A stretch of 64,000 nt of DNA from an uncultured Trueperaceae bacterium (lineage in GTDB: Bacteria > Deinococcota > Deinococci > Deinococcales > Trueperaceae): NCBI GenBank assembly GCA_963799485.1, contig CAWCXJ010000013.1:1-64000 (forward strand), written 5' to 3'. Position numbers and translations under genes: made by a program. The notes below the pieces were generated by a model. The model saw nothing but the letters and a program-made list of their open reading frames with translations. It made no database searches and was not told where the DNA came from. Position 1 is the stretch's first letter. Every line of letters starts with the position of its first letter. Of the stretch, positions 19,827-30,152 are shown in pieces.

Positions 19827-20061
19827 CTATTGGTAGCGGAGGTTGCAAGGTGGCGCAGATGGCGGCGTGCAATCCACTTACGGCTGGGGTCAAACATAGT
19901 GAACGGCGGCTTAGACGCCTGGTGCATGGTGAGAACAAGCGGGCTGAGGTGAATGCTCAAGCCATAGGCAAGGTGCTCTGTTCAGAAGGCGCGAAACAGC
20001 TCAAAGGTGAACACGAAGTGCTCTTGATCATGGATGAATCGGACCTCAGAAAACCTTTTGC
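19827..20061 (+). pseudogene. Fragment of a further DDE transposase (N-terminal part, family uncertain)
   Basis: HSERRLRRLV...VLLIMDESDLRKP resembles the first-Asp region of IS4-like transposases; bounded by IS ends on both sides. Confidence 0.55.
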
Positions 20062-21709
20062 TAGGTTGTGTTGACATTTCACCGCAGCCAGATGAGTGCC
20101 GAAGCGAAGTGTAAGAAGCCAAGGTAGTTGCGAGCAAGCTTATCGAAGCGAGAGAAGCAACGCCTATAGTATTTGAGCTTGCCGATAAGCACTCGGTGAG
20201 GTGCCGCTCTTTGTACAGCTCTTGGTCGTACTCAGGTTGCTCTTTGCGGTTTTGCTTGGGTGGGATAACCGCTTCTGCACTCAGCGCGGTGATGGTGTCG
20301 CGGCTATGCTGGGCGTCAGCGAAGTTACCGAAGCGGTGCTGGCCGAGGTCAAGTTGTGGCAACAGCGCCCGCTGGATGCGCTTTATCCGGTGGTCTATCT
20401 CGACTGCATCTTCGTCAAACTCAGGGTTGAGGGGGTGGTTAGGACACAGGCCGTCTATCTGGCGATTGCCATCAACCTGCAAGGACTTAAGGAAGTTTTG
20501 GGGATGTGGGTCGGCAAAGACCAAAAAGAGGGAGCCAAGTTCTGGCTTTCGGTGTTGAGCGAACTCAAGCAGCGCGGCTTAGGCGATGTATTCATCTTCT
20601 GCGTCGATGGGCTTAAAGGCTTTCCTGACGCCATCGAACAGGTTTATCCGCATTCCCAGGTGCAGCTCTGCATCGTTCACCTCATCCGCAACAGCCTGAC
20701 GTTTGTGCCCTGGGGTAAGCGTAAAACGGTAGCCCGCGACCTCAAGGCCATCTATACGGCAGCCAACGAAGAACAGGCCCGAGACGCACTTGAGGTCTTC
20801 GAGCAAACCTACCGAGACAGCTATCCGACCATCGCCCAGCTGTGGCGCAGAAACTGGGATCACATCATCCCGATCTTCGACTACCCTGCCGACATCCGCC
20901 GGGCAATCTACACCACCAATGTGATCGAGTCGTTTAACTACAGTCTTAAAAAACCGCTTAAGACCAGGGGTGCGTTCCCTACCGAAGATGCCCTGAGAAA
21001 GGTGCTCTACCTGGCAATTATGCAAGCGTCAAAGAAATGGACCATGCCGATCCGGGATTGGAAAAAGGCGCTCAACTGGTTTGCTCAGCTCTTCGGTGCT
21101 AGACTGCTCGATAAGTTGGGTACACAAAATTCCTGATACCCTCTAGGCTTTGTCGCCCAGCACAAACTCGGCTTCATAACCTTCGAGTAACGCTTTAGCA
21201 TAAGGTGCTTCATGGACTTGACCCGCAGTTAAAAGCAGCCGTAGCGGATTGCCTAGCGCATCGACGGTGACGTGGACTCTGGCACCAAACCCGCCCCGGC
21301 TATAGCCGAGTGCTTGCGCCTTTTGCCCCCCTTTTTACGTGTCGCACCCGCCGAACACGCATGAGCCCGAATCACGCTACTGTCCAGCATCACATTTTCT
21401 ATATCAGGATCGTCAGCAAAGTGCTCAAACATCTCCTGCCATATCCCTCGTTCGCTCCACCTGTCAAAGCGCTTGTAGACGCTGTTCCAGTGACCGTACC
21501 GCTTAGGCAAAAGTCGCCACTGAGACCCCGAACGCACTATCCACAACACCCCTTCGATAAACCTTCGGCACCGCTTCTCCTGGCCTATGTACACCTCTGG
21601 GCGCTCATCTAAAAATGCTCTGATTTTATGCCACTCTCTAGCCTTGAGTTTTACCTGCGTCATGCCTTTTTCTAGCAACTCAGCACATGAGATTGTCAAC
21701 AGAGCCTAG
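20062..21709 (-). mobile_element. IS5-family (IS427-like) element, disrupted by an IS256 segment and a frameshift
   Basis: Ends CTAGGCTCTGTTGACA (21709) and CTAGGTTGTGTTGACA (20061). OrfA from ATG 21663 (WRLLPKRYGHWNSVYKRF, MLDSSVIRAH); OrfB SRGG...VLGDKA interrupted, resuming YDAQH...IPPK...YKERH...RFDK...IWLR. Confidence 0.85.
20319..21143 (+). mobile_element. 5'-truncated IS256-family element nested in the IS5 element (transposase stop 21136)
   Basis: WQQRPL..YPVVYLD, DGLKGF, QLCIVHLIRNS, IYTTNVIES motifs; right end TACACAAAATTCCTGATACCCTC. Confidence 0.9.
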
Positions 21710-21769
21710 TCCTTAAAACTGCCCAGAGTATTGACCTACGAGCTATAAGAAAACCTTTTTTGCTTATTG

Positions 21770-22579
21770 CTAGGTACATGTTGCTTTTCCAGAACCGGCG
21801 ACGATAACCTCGACCCCTGCCTCTTGCACATATGTCGCAAAAGGCTCCGGCAGCGCCGCGTCGGTAACGAGCGTTTGCACCTCTTCCCAACGTGCAAAGG
21901 CTGCCAGACTGCCCTGGTCTAGCTTGCTGTGATCGACGAGTACCACGCAGGTTTTGGCGGCGCGAACCATCGCGGCTTTGGTCTCCGCGACGCTGAAGTC
22001 GGGGGTGGACAGACCCCGCTCGGTAGACGCGCCGTCCGCACCTAAAAAGGCGGTATCGACCTCGAGCCGCGCTAGATTCGCCACGCTGAGCGGCCCGAAA
22101 GTACTCAGGCTGTGTTTGCGTACCCCGCCGCCCAGAATGATGAGTTCAAAGTCGGGGACGGCGGCAAGTTCGGTGATAACCGGTAGCGACCCCGTAACGA
22201 TAGTGAGCCCGCGTCTGTATTGCGGCAACAACCGGGCGAGCGCCAGCGCCGTGCTGCCAGCGTCCAAGATGAGCGTATCGCCGTCGTGGACGAGCGTCAG
22301 GGCTGCCTCCGCGATAAGGCGTTTGTTCTCGCTCAACCTCGTAAGCTTGTAGCCGAGCGAAAGGTTGTACTTCGAGCGCCGCGCCGCGACTGCGCCGCCG
22401 TGAACACGTTTTAAGAGGCTGTGTTCTTCTAGGTCTTGCAGGTCTTTGCGAATGGTTACGTCTGAAACGTCTAGCACTTCTGCCAATTCAGCGACGCTGA
22501 CGCGCCCCGCGCCCTCCAAACGTTCCAAAATGCCCTGTTGCCGGACGTTCGGTTCATATCCGTCGGGAAAACTGCTCAC
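21770..22579 (-). CDS. DeoR/GlpR-family regulator (likely IolR role)
   Basis: VSDVTIRKDL, RVHGGA, ILDAGST, VDHSK motifs; divergent from the iol operon. Confidence 0.92.
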   Translation of the reverse strand: MSSFPDGYEPNVRQQGILERLEGAGRVSVAELAEVLDVSDVTIRKDLQDLEEHSLLKRVHGGAVAARRSKYNLSLGYKLTRLSENKRLIAEAALTLVHDGDTLILDAGSTALALARLLPQYRRGLTIVTGSLPVITELAAVPDFELIILGGGVRKHSLSTFGPLSVANLARLEVDTAFLGADGASTERGLSTPDFSVAETKAAMVRAAKTCVVLVDHSKLDQGSLAAFARWEEVQTLVTDAALPEPFATYVQEAGVEVIVAGSGKATCT

Positions 22580-22659
22580 TGCCGACTCCTATACATAACG
22601 CGTAATATAGCATACGGTGTTACGATTTGTTCCGAATAAAAGCTGTTGGCTTACGTTCA

Positions 22660-22688
22660 TTGACAAAACACAATCCGGTTGCTATATT
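22660..22688 (+). promoter_or_regulatory. Sigma70-type promoter of the iol operon
   Basis: TTGACA (22660)-17 nt-TATATT (22683). Confidence 0.7.
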
Positions 22689-22887
22689 CAGGGCTGCTTT
22701 TTGCTGCCGGGTCGCGGCCCCAGCCGACTTCTAGCCCAGCCGGGTGGTTCGGCCTTATGATTAGGGGTAGCGGAGAATACTGAACCTGTTATAGGCGGAA
22801 AAGGGGGCTCGAGCCGTCCCTGGACAGACGGTTCTGTACGTGAACTGGCACGCAAGTTTTTAGTACACAAGCATTTTAAGGAGAACG

Positions 22888-23724
22888 GTGGAGCGCAAAC
22901 ACGGTACCGAGTACAGCATTAAAGGTCAGGCCGAGGTAACGCCCAATTCGGCGGGTTGGGATTATCTGCATTTCCGTACGCAGATGCTTTCTGCGGATGA
23001 AACGCACAGCGGGAATAGCGGGCAAAACGAAGTCTGTATCGTCTTTTTACGGGGCGACGCCGAAGTCGCGTTTGGCGGGGAGGTGCACCGCGTAGAGAGT
23101 CGCCGCAACGTGTTTGCCGGACTGCCCTACGCGCTCTACTTGCCGCCCGGTCAGGACTACGAAGTCAAAGCGCTCACCGAAGTTGAGTTGGGTATAGGCG
23201 AAGCCGCCGCCGAAGGCAAACTCCCCGCACGCCTCATCACGCCGGAAGACGTCAAGGTCGAGATACGCGGTGGGCACAACGCCACCCGGCAGATTACGCA
23301 CATCTTAGACCCCGGCGACGCCGAACACCTCCTCTGCGTCGAGGTCTACACGCCTTCAGGCAACTGGTCGAGCTACCCGCCGCACAAACACGACGTGCAA
23401 AACCCGCCTGAAGAAATTGACTTAGACGAGGTGTACCACTACCACTTTTCCCCGGCGGACGGCTGGGCGATGCAGCGGCTTTTTACCGACGACCGCAGGT
23501 TAGACGAGCGCCTCGTCGTTACGGACGGCGAGACGGTATTGGTGCGTGAGGGCTATCATCCGGTCGTGACTGCGCCCGGTTACGACTGCTACTATCTGAA
23601 CTTTTTAGCCGGTGAGACGCCGCTATGGGTGGCTAAAGACGAGCCGCAGCTTGCGTGGGTACGCGGGTCTTGGGAAGGTGCAGAAGACCGAATGGAATTG
23701 CCTCTGTCCGGGACAGGGCGTTAG
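22888..23724 (+). CDS. iolB: 5-deoxy-glucuronate isomerase
   Basis: EVYTPSGNWSSYPPHKHD, EVYHY, GYHPV motifs; AAGGAG RBS. Confidence 0.93.
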   Translation: MERKHGTEYSIKGQAEVTPNSAGWDYLHFRTQMLSADETHSGNSGQNEVCIVFLRGDAEVAFGGEVHRVESRRNVFAGLPYALYLPPGQDYEVKALTEVELGIGEAAAEGKLPARLITPEDVKVEIRGGHNATRQITHILDPGDAEHLLCVEVYTPSGNWSSYPPHKHDVQNPPEEIDLDEVYHYHFSPADGWAMQRLFTDDRRLDERLVVTDGETVLVREGYHPVVTAPGYDCYYLNFLAGETPLWVAKDEPQLAWVRGSWEGAEDRMELPLSGTGR

Positions 23725-23733
23725 GAGACCAAG

Positions 23734-25224
23734 GTGACGACAACGACGCAAAACGAACTGCTCAACTACGTCGGCGGAGAGTGGCAGCGCTCGCAGACGG
23801 GTAACTACGGCGAGGTGCACAACCCTGCAACCGCCGAGGTTTTGGCGCAGGTGCCACTTTCGGCGAAAGAAGAGGTGGCGCAGGCTGTTGAGCAGGCCGC
23901 AAAAGCATTTCCCGACTGGCGGGCGACGCCGGTTACAGAGCGGATTCAACCGCTTTTCAAGCTGAAATTTTTACTGGAAGAACACCTCGAGGACCTAGCC
24001 AAAACCATCACGCAGGAGTGCGGCAAGACCTTTAAGGAGTCCGTGGGCGAACTCAAGCGCGGCGTCGAAAACGTCGAGGTGGCGTGCGGAATGCCCCTGA
24101 TGATGCAGGGCTACAACAATGAGGACATCGCGCGCGGCATCGACGAGCATATGTTTCGGCAGCCGCTGGGCGTCGTAGCCGCGATTACGCCCTTTAATTT
24201 TCCCGGCATGATTCCGCTGTGGTTTTTGCCCTACGCGGTTGCGACCGGCAACTGCTTCGTCCTCAAACCTTCGGAAAAGGTGCCGCTGACGAGTCAGTAT
24301 CTGTTTCGGCTGCTGGCGGAGGCCGGGTTTCCCGAAGGGGTCGTGACGCTCATCAACGGCGGCAAAGAGACTGTAGACGCGCTGCTAGATCATCCTGAAG
24401 TCAAAGCCGTCTCTTTCGTCGGCTCGACACCGGTCGCCCGCTACATCTACAGCCGCGCCACCGCCAACGGCAAACGCGCGCAGTGTCAGGGCGGCGCGAA
24501 AAACCCGGCGGTGATCTTGCCCGACGCCGACATGGAGATGACGACGCGCATTCTGGCGGATTCGGCGTTCGGGTGCGCGGGTCAGCGCTGTCTGGCGACC
24601 TCGGTAGCGATTACCGTCGGTGAGGCCAAAGACCCCTTTACCGAACGCATCGTCGCGGACGCCGAGGGGCGCAAGGTCGGCTACGGGATGAACGACGACG
24701 TGCAGATGGGGCCGGTCATCAGCGGGGAGAGTAGAGAACGCATTGCGGGGCTGATCGACAAGGGCGTAAATGAAGGTGCAATGCTCCTCCGCGATGGACG
24801 TGAGGTCAAGCCGGACGGGGACGCGTTCGCCAACGGCTACTTTCTCGCGCCGACAATTGTAGGTGACGTGGCCCCCAAAAGCGAGTTCGCGCACACCGAA
24901 ATCTTCGGCCCGGTGTTGTCGCTGATGCACGCGGGCACGGTCGAAGAGGCCATCGAAATCGTCAACGCTCGAGCCTTCGGCAACCAGGCCTGCCTCTTTA
25001 CGAGTTCAGGGTCGGCAGCCCGTAAGTTCCGCTACGCCGTAAACGCCGGTAACGTCGGCATCAACTTAGGCGTCGCCGCGCCGATGGCCTTTTTCCCGTT
25101 TTCGGGTTGGGGTGACTCGTTTTTCGGCGACCTACACGCGCAAGGGGCGCACGGCGTCGAGTTCTATACGCAGACGAAAATCGTGGTCGAACGCTGGCCC
25201 GCCGAGTGGTCGCGGACGTTTTAG
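23734..25224 (+). CDS. iolA: CoA-acylating (methyl)malonate-semialdehyde dehydrogenase
   Basis: [42 protein letters not shown] motifs. Confidence 0.92.
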   Translation: MTTTTQNELLNYVGGEWQRSQTGNYGEVHNPATAEVLAQVPLSAKEEVAQAVEQAAKAFPDWRATPVTERIQPLFKLKFLLEEHLEDLAKTITQECGKTFKESVGELKRGVENVEVACGMPLMMQGYNNEDIARGIDEHMFRQPLGVVAAITPFNFPGMIPLWFLPYAVATGNCFVLKPSEKVPLTSQYLFRLLAEAGFPEGVVTLINGGKETVDALLDHPEVKAVSFVGSTPVARYIYSRATANGKRAQCQGGAKNPAVILPDADMEMTTRILADSAFGCAGQRCLATSVAITVGEAKDPFTERIVADAEGRKVGYGMNDDVQMGPVISGESRERIAGLIDKGVNEGAMLLRDGREVKPDGDAFANGYFLAPTIVGDVAPKSEFAHTEIFGPVLSLMHAGTVEEAIEIVNARAFGNQACLFTSSGSAARKFRYAVNAGNVGINLGVAAPMAFFPFSGWGDSFFGDLHAQGAHGVEFYTQTKIVVERWPAEWSRTF

Positions 25225-25227
25225 GAC

Positions 25228-26236
25228 GTGCTCGACCTCATCACGATGGGGCGCTCATCGATTGACCTCTACAGCAGCGACGTCGGCGCACCCTTCGAGG
25301 AGATTACCAACTTTGCGGCTTACGTCGGTGGCAGTCCGACGAATATCGCGGTGGGGACGCGGCGGTTGGGGTTGGAAACCGCCCTTCTCACCGCCGTCGG
25401 GAACGACAAGGTCGGCGACTTTATCCTCCACTTTCTCAAAAACGAGGGTGTCGAGACGCGGTTTATTCCGCGTAAAGCGGGCAAGCGCAGCAGCGCCGTG
25501 GTGCTAGGTATCGAACCGCCCGACCGGTTTCCGCTGGTGTACTACCGCGAGAACTGCGCCGACACCGAGCTGACGATTGACGACGTGCTAGCGACGCCGA
25601 TTGCCGAGGCTAGGGCGCTCGAGCTGTCCGGTACGGGGTTGTGTCTCGAGCCGAGCCGCAGCGCCACCTTTTACGCCGCAGAACAGGCCAAACGCGCGGG
25701 TAAAACGGTATTTCTCGACCTCGACTTTCGTGCCGACCAGTGGCACGACCCGAGGGCGTTCGGCGTCACCGTCCGGGCGCTCTTGCCTTTAATCGACATC
25801 GTGTTCGGCACCGAAGAGGAGATCAACGCCGCGATGGTCGAGACGCCGGACGATATCGTCATCGAACATCAGCAGGTGAGCGCCCCGACAATCCGCGGTA
25901 ACGTGGAGGCGAATATCGAGGCCATCTTTAGGCGGCGCAATCGGCCCCCAGGCACTCGTCGCCAAACGCGGCGCGGCGGGCGCAACCGTCCATCTGCGGA
26001 ACGGCGAAGTCACCGAAGTGCCTGGTTTTCCGGTTGAAATCTACAATATACTCGGTGCAGGCGACGCCTTTGCAGCGGGGTTTATTTACGGCTATCTCAA
26101 GGGCTGGGACTGGTACAAGGCCGCGCGGATGGGCAACGCGTGCGGTGCAATCGTCGTAACGCGGCACGGTTGCGCGAACTTTATGGGTTACGAGGACGAA
26201 GTGCTGGACTTTATCGAGTCGCACGGCGGCTTCTGA
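25228..26236 (+). pseudogene. iolC: 5-dehydro-2-deoxygluconokinase with a +1 frameshift near 25927 (real or assembly error)
   Basis: MGRSSIDLY, GGSPTNIA and DLDFR in the first frame; KRGAAG and NILGAGDAF PfkB motifs in the shifted frame. Confidence 0.85.
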
Positions 26237-27096
26237 TGTTCGTCGGCGACGGACGGACACTCATCCGTGACGCGTTTGAGAACGGCTACATCATGCCGGC
26301 GTTTAACGTCTGTTCGGCGGAGATGGTGCGGGCGTGTCTCGAGGCCGCCGAAGCCTTACGCGCCCCCGTCATCTTGCAAACCTATCCCAGCGACATTGAA
26401 CAGCTTGCGCCCAAACAGATGGCGGCGCTCGTGAAAAGCTACGCCGACGAACTGCACGTCCCGGTGATGCTGCATCTCGACCACGGCCCCGGTTTCGAGC
26501 TGGCGCTCGACTGTTTACGGGCGGGCTACAGCTCGGTGATGTACGACGGTGCGGGGCAGCCGCTCGAGTCCGTCGTCCGAGAAACGAAGCGTCTAGCGGA
26601 GGTCGCACACCTGCAAGGAGCCGCCGTAGAGGTCGCCGCGGAAAGCTTCAACGCAGGCACAGTCGCGCTCACCGAACCGCAAAACGCCGTAAACCTTTTT
26701 GAAGCGGGCGCGGATATGGTGGCGGTTTCGGTTGGGAGCGAACACGGACAGTCGGGACGGCTCGAGGGGTCTCTCCTGGGCGAAATTGCAGCGCTGACGC
26801 AAAAACCGCTCGTGCTGCACGGTGGCAGCGGCATCTGCGCCGAAGATTTTACGGCGGCACGCACCAAAGGGGTCGTCAAGGCCAACATCGGGTCCGCGCT
26901 CTACCGGGTTTTACGGCGTGTGTGGGAGGGGTCGGCAGGGGCGGCAAACCACCGACAGGTCTACGCGGCGGTCAGGGCTGCGCTCCGTGAGGTTGCCGAG
27001 GAAAAGCTGCATTGGTGCGGAGCCGTCGGTCAAGCTGACGGTTTCGGCGCGCCCAGACCCAAAAGGGACGTTTCGGAAGGGGTCATCAGGTTATGA
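26236..27096 (+). CDS. Class II aldolase (IolJ/FBA-like)
   Basis: PAFNV, HLDHG, SSVMYDG, GSEHG, LVLHGGSG motifs; ATG overlaps the iolC stop. Confidence 0.85.
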   Translation: MFVGDGRTLIRDAFENGYIMPAFNVCSAEMVRACLEAAEALRAPVILQTYPSDIEQLAPKQMAALVKSYADELHVPVMLHLDHGPGFELALDCLRAGYSSVMYDGAGQPLESVVRETKRLAEVAHLQGAAVEVAAESFNAGTVALTEPQNAVNLFEAGADMVAVSVGSEHGQSGRLEGSLLGEIAALTQKPLVLHGGSGICAEDFTAARTKGVVKANIGSALYRVLRRVWEGSAGAANHRQVYAAVRAALREVAEEKLHWCGAVGQADGFGAPRPKRDVSEGVIRL

Positions 27097-28979
27097 AGAC
27101 GGTCAGATTAACCGTCGCCCAGGCGCTGCTGCGGTTTTTAAGCCAACAGTACAGCCGTCTGGACGACGACGAGCAGCGCCTCATCCCCGGTTTGTGGGGC
27201 ATTATGGGGCACGGCAACGTCGCGGGAATAGGTCAGGCCGCGCAGGAGTACGGCGAGGCGTGGGACATGCCTTTTTACCGGCCGCAAAACGAACAGGCGC
27301 AGGTGCATCTCGCGGCGGCGTTTGCGCGGCATAAAGACCGCTTGGCAACCTTCGCCTGCACCGCGTCGGTCGGCCCCGGCTCGTCGAACATGGTGACGGG
27401 GGCGGCGCTCGCCACCATCAACCGCCTGCCGGTGTTGCTCTTGCCCTCGGACATCTTCGCCAACCGCGTGCCCGACCCGGTGTTGCAGGGGCTCGAGCAT
27501 CCCACGGAGCACGACTCGAGCGTCAACGACATCTTTCGCCCGGTGAGCCGCTTTTACACCCGCATCAGCCGCCCCGAACAGCTCTTGCACGCCCTGCCCG
27601 AAGCGGTGCGCGTGCTGAGCGACCCCGCCGAGACCGGCGCAGTCACGCTCTCGCTGCCCGAAGACGTACAGGCCGAAGCCTGGGACTGGCCCGCTGAAAT
27701 GTTTAGCAAACGTGTCTGGCGCGTGCGCCGTCCGCCGCCGGAAAATGAATTGGTCCAACGTGCAGCTAAGCTTGTTATGGGGGCGCGGCAACCCCTTATC
27801 GTGATGGGCGGCGGCGTCAAGTACAGCCGTGCCAGCGAAACCTTAGCCGAATTTGCCGAAACTTACGGGATTCCTTGCGGCGAAACGCAAGCGGGTAAAG
27901 GTGCAATCCCGTGGAACCACCCGATGAACGTCGGGGCGCTCGGCGCAACCGGCGGGACGGCGGCGAACCGTCTGGCAGCCGAAGCCGACGTGATTCTCGC
28001 GGTCGGCACGCGCCTGGCGGACTTTACGACCGGCTCGAAAACGACCTTTAGACCCGACGCGACCCTCATCGGCCTCAACGTCAACGCGATGGACTCGAGC
28101 AAACTCTTCGCCTTGCCCGTCGTGGCGGACGCAAAACGGGGGCTCGAGGCTCTGAGCGAAGCGCTCCGTGAGCTTGACTACAGCGCAAGCCCCGAACAAC
28201 GCCAAACTATCTCTGAACTCAAAACCGAGTGGGACGGCGTCGTCGACGAGATTTTTACGGTAGACGACCCCGAAGACCTCGCGCAAGGTGCCGTTATCGG
28301 GATGGTCAACGCGGCGTTCGGCGGCGACGCCACGATGATATGCGCCGCCGGCAGTATGCCCGGCGACCTGCACAAACTCTGGCGACCGGGGGACGCCCGC
28401 GCCTACCACGTCGAATACGGCTACTCGTGTATGGGTTACGAGATTCCGGCAGGCCTGGGCGTGGCCTTAGCCGAGCCGGAACGCAAGGTTGTCGTCATGA
28501 TTGGCGACGGCTCGTACCTGATGCTGAACTCTGAAATCGTGACGGCGGTGGCTGAGGGCTTGAACCTCACTATCATCGTGGTCGACAATCACGGCTATCA
28601 GAGTATTCACGGGTTACAGCGCTCGACCGGGACGCCGCACTTCGGCCTCGAGCTGCGTCACCGCGACGAACAGGGGAGGTTGGGGGGCAAGTTTGTCAAG
28701 GTGGACTACGCCCAGCATGCCGCTTCTATGGGCGCACACGCTGTTTACACGCGCACCGAAACCGATTTGCGCCAAGCTCTGCAAGAGGCCAGAAGGCGTA
28801 AAGGCGTAAACGTTGTAGTGGTCGAGGTCAATCCCGAAAAACGCGTCGGCGGCTACGCTTTCGGCGGCTGGTGGGACGTACCCATCGCCGAGGCGACCGA
28901 ACAAGAAAGCGTCCGGGAAAAGCGCCGTCAATACGAACACGACAAAACGAAACAGGTTCTCTTTAAGGAGCAAGGGTGA
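27093..28979 (+). CDS. iolD: 3D-(3,5/4)-trihydroxycyclohexane-1,2-dione acylhydrolase
   Basis: RLTVAQAL, GHGNVAG, PDPVLQ, AAGSMPGDLHKLW, EYGYSCMGYE, GDGSYLM motifs. Confidence 0.95.
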   Translation: MKTVRLTVAQALLRFLSQQYSRLDDDEQRLIPGLWGIMGHGNVAGIGQAAQEYGEAWDMPFYRPQNEQAQVHLAAAFARHKDRLATFACTASVGPGSSNMVTGAALATINRLPVLLLPSDIFANRVPDPVLQGLEHPTEHDSSVNDIFRPVSRFYTRISRPEQLLHALPEAVRVLSDPAETGAVTLSLPEDVQAEAWDWPAEMFSKRVWRVRRPPPENELVQRAAKLVMGARQPLIVMGGGVKYSRASETLAEFAETYGIPCGETQAGKGAIPWNHPMNVGALGATGGTAANRLAAEADVILAVGTRLADFTTGSKTTFRPDATLIGLNVNAMDSSKLFALPVVADAKRGLEALSEALRELDYSASPEQRQTISELKTEWDGVVDEIFTVDDPEDLAQGAVIGMVNAAFGGDATMICAAGSMPGDLHKLWRPGDARAYHVEYGYSCMGYEIPAGLGVALAEPERKVVVMIGDGSYLMLNSEIVTAVAEGLNLTIIVVDNHGYQSIHGLQRSTGTPHFGLELRHRDEQGRLGGKFVKVDYAQHAASMGAHAVYTRTETDLRQALQEARRRKGVNVVVVEVNPEKRVGGYAFGGWWDVPIAEATEQESVREKRRQYEHDKTKQVLFKEQG

Positions 28980-29899
28980 AAGTCGGGAACGCGCCCTGCT
29001 CGTGGGGCACCATCGAAGGGATAGCGGGCGAGCGCACCCCTTACGCGCAGATGCTGGACGAACTCGCCCAAACCGGCTATACCGGGACGGAACTCGGCGA
29101 TTACGGTTTTATGCCGACCGACCCCGGCCTTTTACGGGGGGAACTCGAGCAGCGCAACCTCACCATGCTGAGCGCGTATGAAGGCGTCAACTTGGTCCAC
29201 GCCGGGAGTCACGACGAGGGCGAGGCGCGGGTGCTGCGAACAGCGCGGCTACTGGCGAGTGTAGCGGACGTGGGCGACCCGGCGTGGACGCCGCTGCTCG
29301 TTCTAGCCGACGAACACAGCCTCAACGCAACACGCTTTCAAAATGCCGGGCGCATCGAACCGGAGATGGGTTTGACTGCTGAGCAGTGGACGACGTTTTG
29401 CGGCGGCGCGAACCGCATCGCCAAGACCGTGCGAGACGAGACCGGCTTGAAGACGGTGTTTCACCATCACTGCGCAGGTTTCGTCGAAACGCCGGACGAG
29501 ATTGCTACCTTTTTAGACCAGACCGACCCGGCGCTTGTCGGTTTGGTACTCGATACGGGGCACCTCGTTTACGGGAGCGGGCAGAACGACCCCGACACCC
29601 TGCTGCAAACGCTCGAGCGCTTCAAGAACCGGCTCTGGTACGTCCACCTCAAAGATGTTGACCCGGAGGTCGCTGAAAGGGCGCGTAGAGAAAAGCTCGA
29701 CTATAAAACGGCAGTTGGTGTCGGGGTTTTTTGCGAACTGGGGCAGGGCTGTGTGGATTTTACGGCGGTTAAAAGGGGGCTGGGGGCCGTAAATTATGAG
29801 AGTTGGCTGACCGTCGAGCAAGACGTGTTGCCGGGGCTGGGGACGCCGCGCCGGAGTGCGGCGCGTAACCGGGCTTTTCTGGCTTCGCTCGGGTGGTGA
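28976..29899 (+). CDS. iolE: Myo-inosose-2 dehydratase-like TIM barrel
   Basis: NAPCSWG, GYTGTELG, FHHH, LDTGH, VHLKD, FCELGQG, VEQD motifs. Confidence 0.8.
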   Translation: MKVGNAPCSWGTIEGIAGERTPYAQMLDELAQTGYTGTELGDYGFMPTDPGLLRGELEQRNLTMLSAYEGVNLVHAGSHDEGEARVLRTARLLASVADVGDPAWTPLLVLADEHSLNATRFQNAGRIEPEMGLTAEQWTTFCGGANRIAKTVRDETGLKTVFHHHCAGFVETPDEIATFLDQTDPALVGLVLDTGHLVYGSGQNDPDTLLQTLERFKNRLWYVHLKDVDPEVAERARREKLDYKTAVGVGVFCELGQGCVDFTAVKRGLGAVNYESWLTVEQDVLPGLGTPRRSAARNRAFLASLGW

Positions 29900-30152
29900 G
29901 CAAGCTGCTTGACTTTCCGATGGCCTTGCTAAAACAAAAGGTGTGACGGACAGGTCGCGCGAATATGTTCTCGGCTTGCGGTAGCACTTTGCAAAAGCCC
30001 CTTTTAGAACACGGCATAGCTGGGTTTATAGGTGCGCCGAAGCCCACCGGTTTGGTCGCAACGCTGTAAAGCTGCGTTCTCGTGATACGCCCTTGGGGAC
30101 TTTCGGCAAAAAACCTTAGCAGCCGACGCCCTCCGTAACGTAAGATAGACGC

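Noticed and set aside
20201..20318. Hydrophobic N-terminus on the IS256 transposase ORF
   Set aside because: It is the antisense of the IS5 OrfB, fused by the nesting junction.
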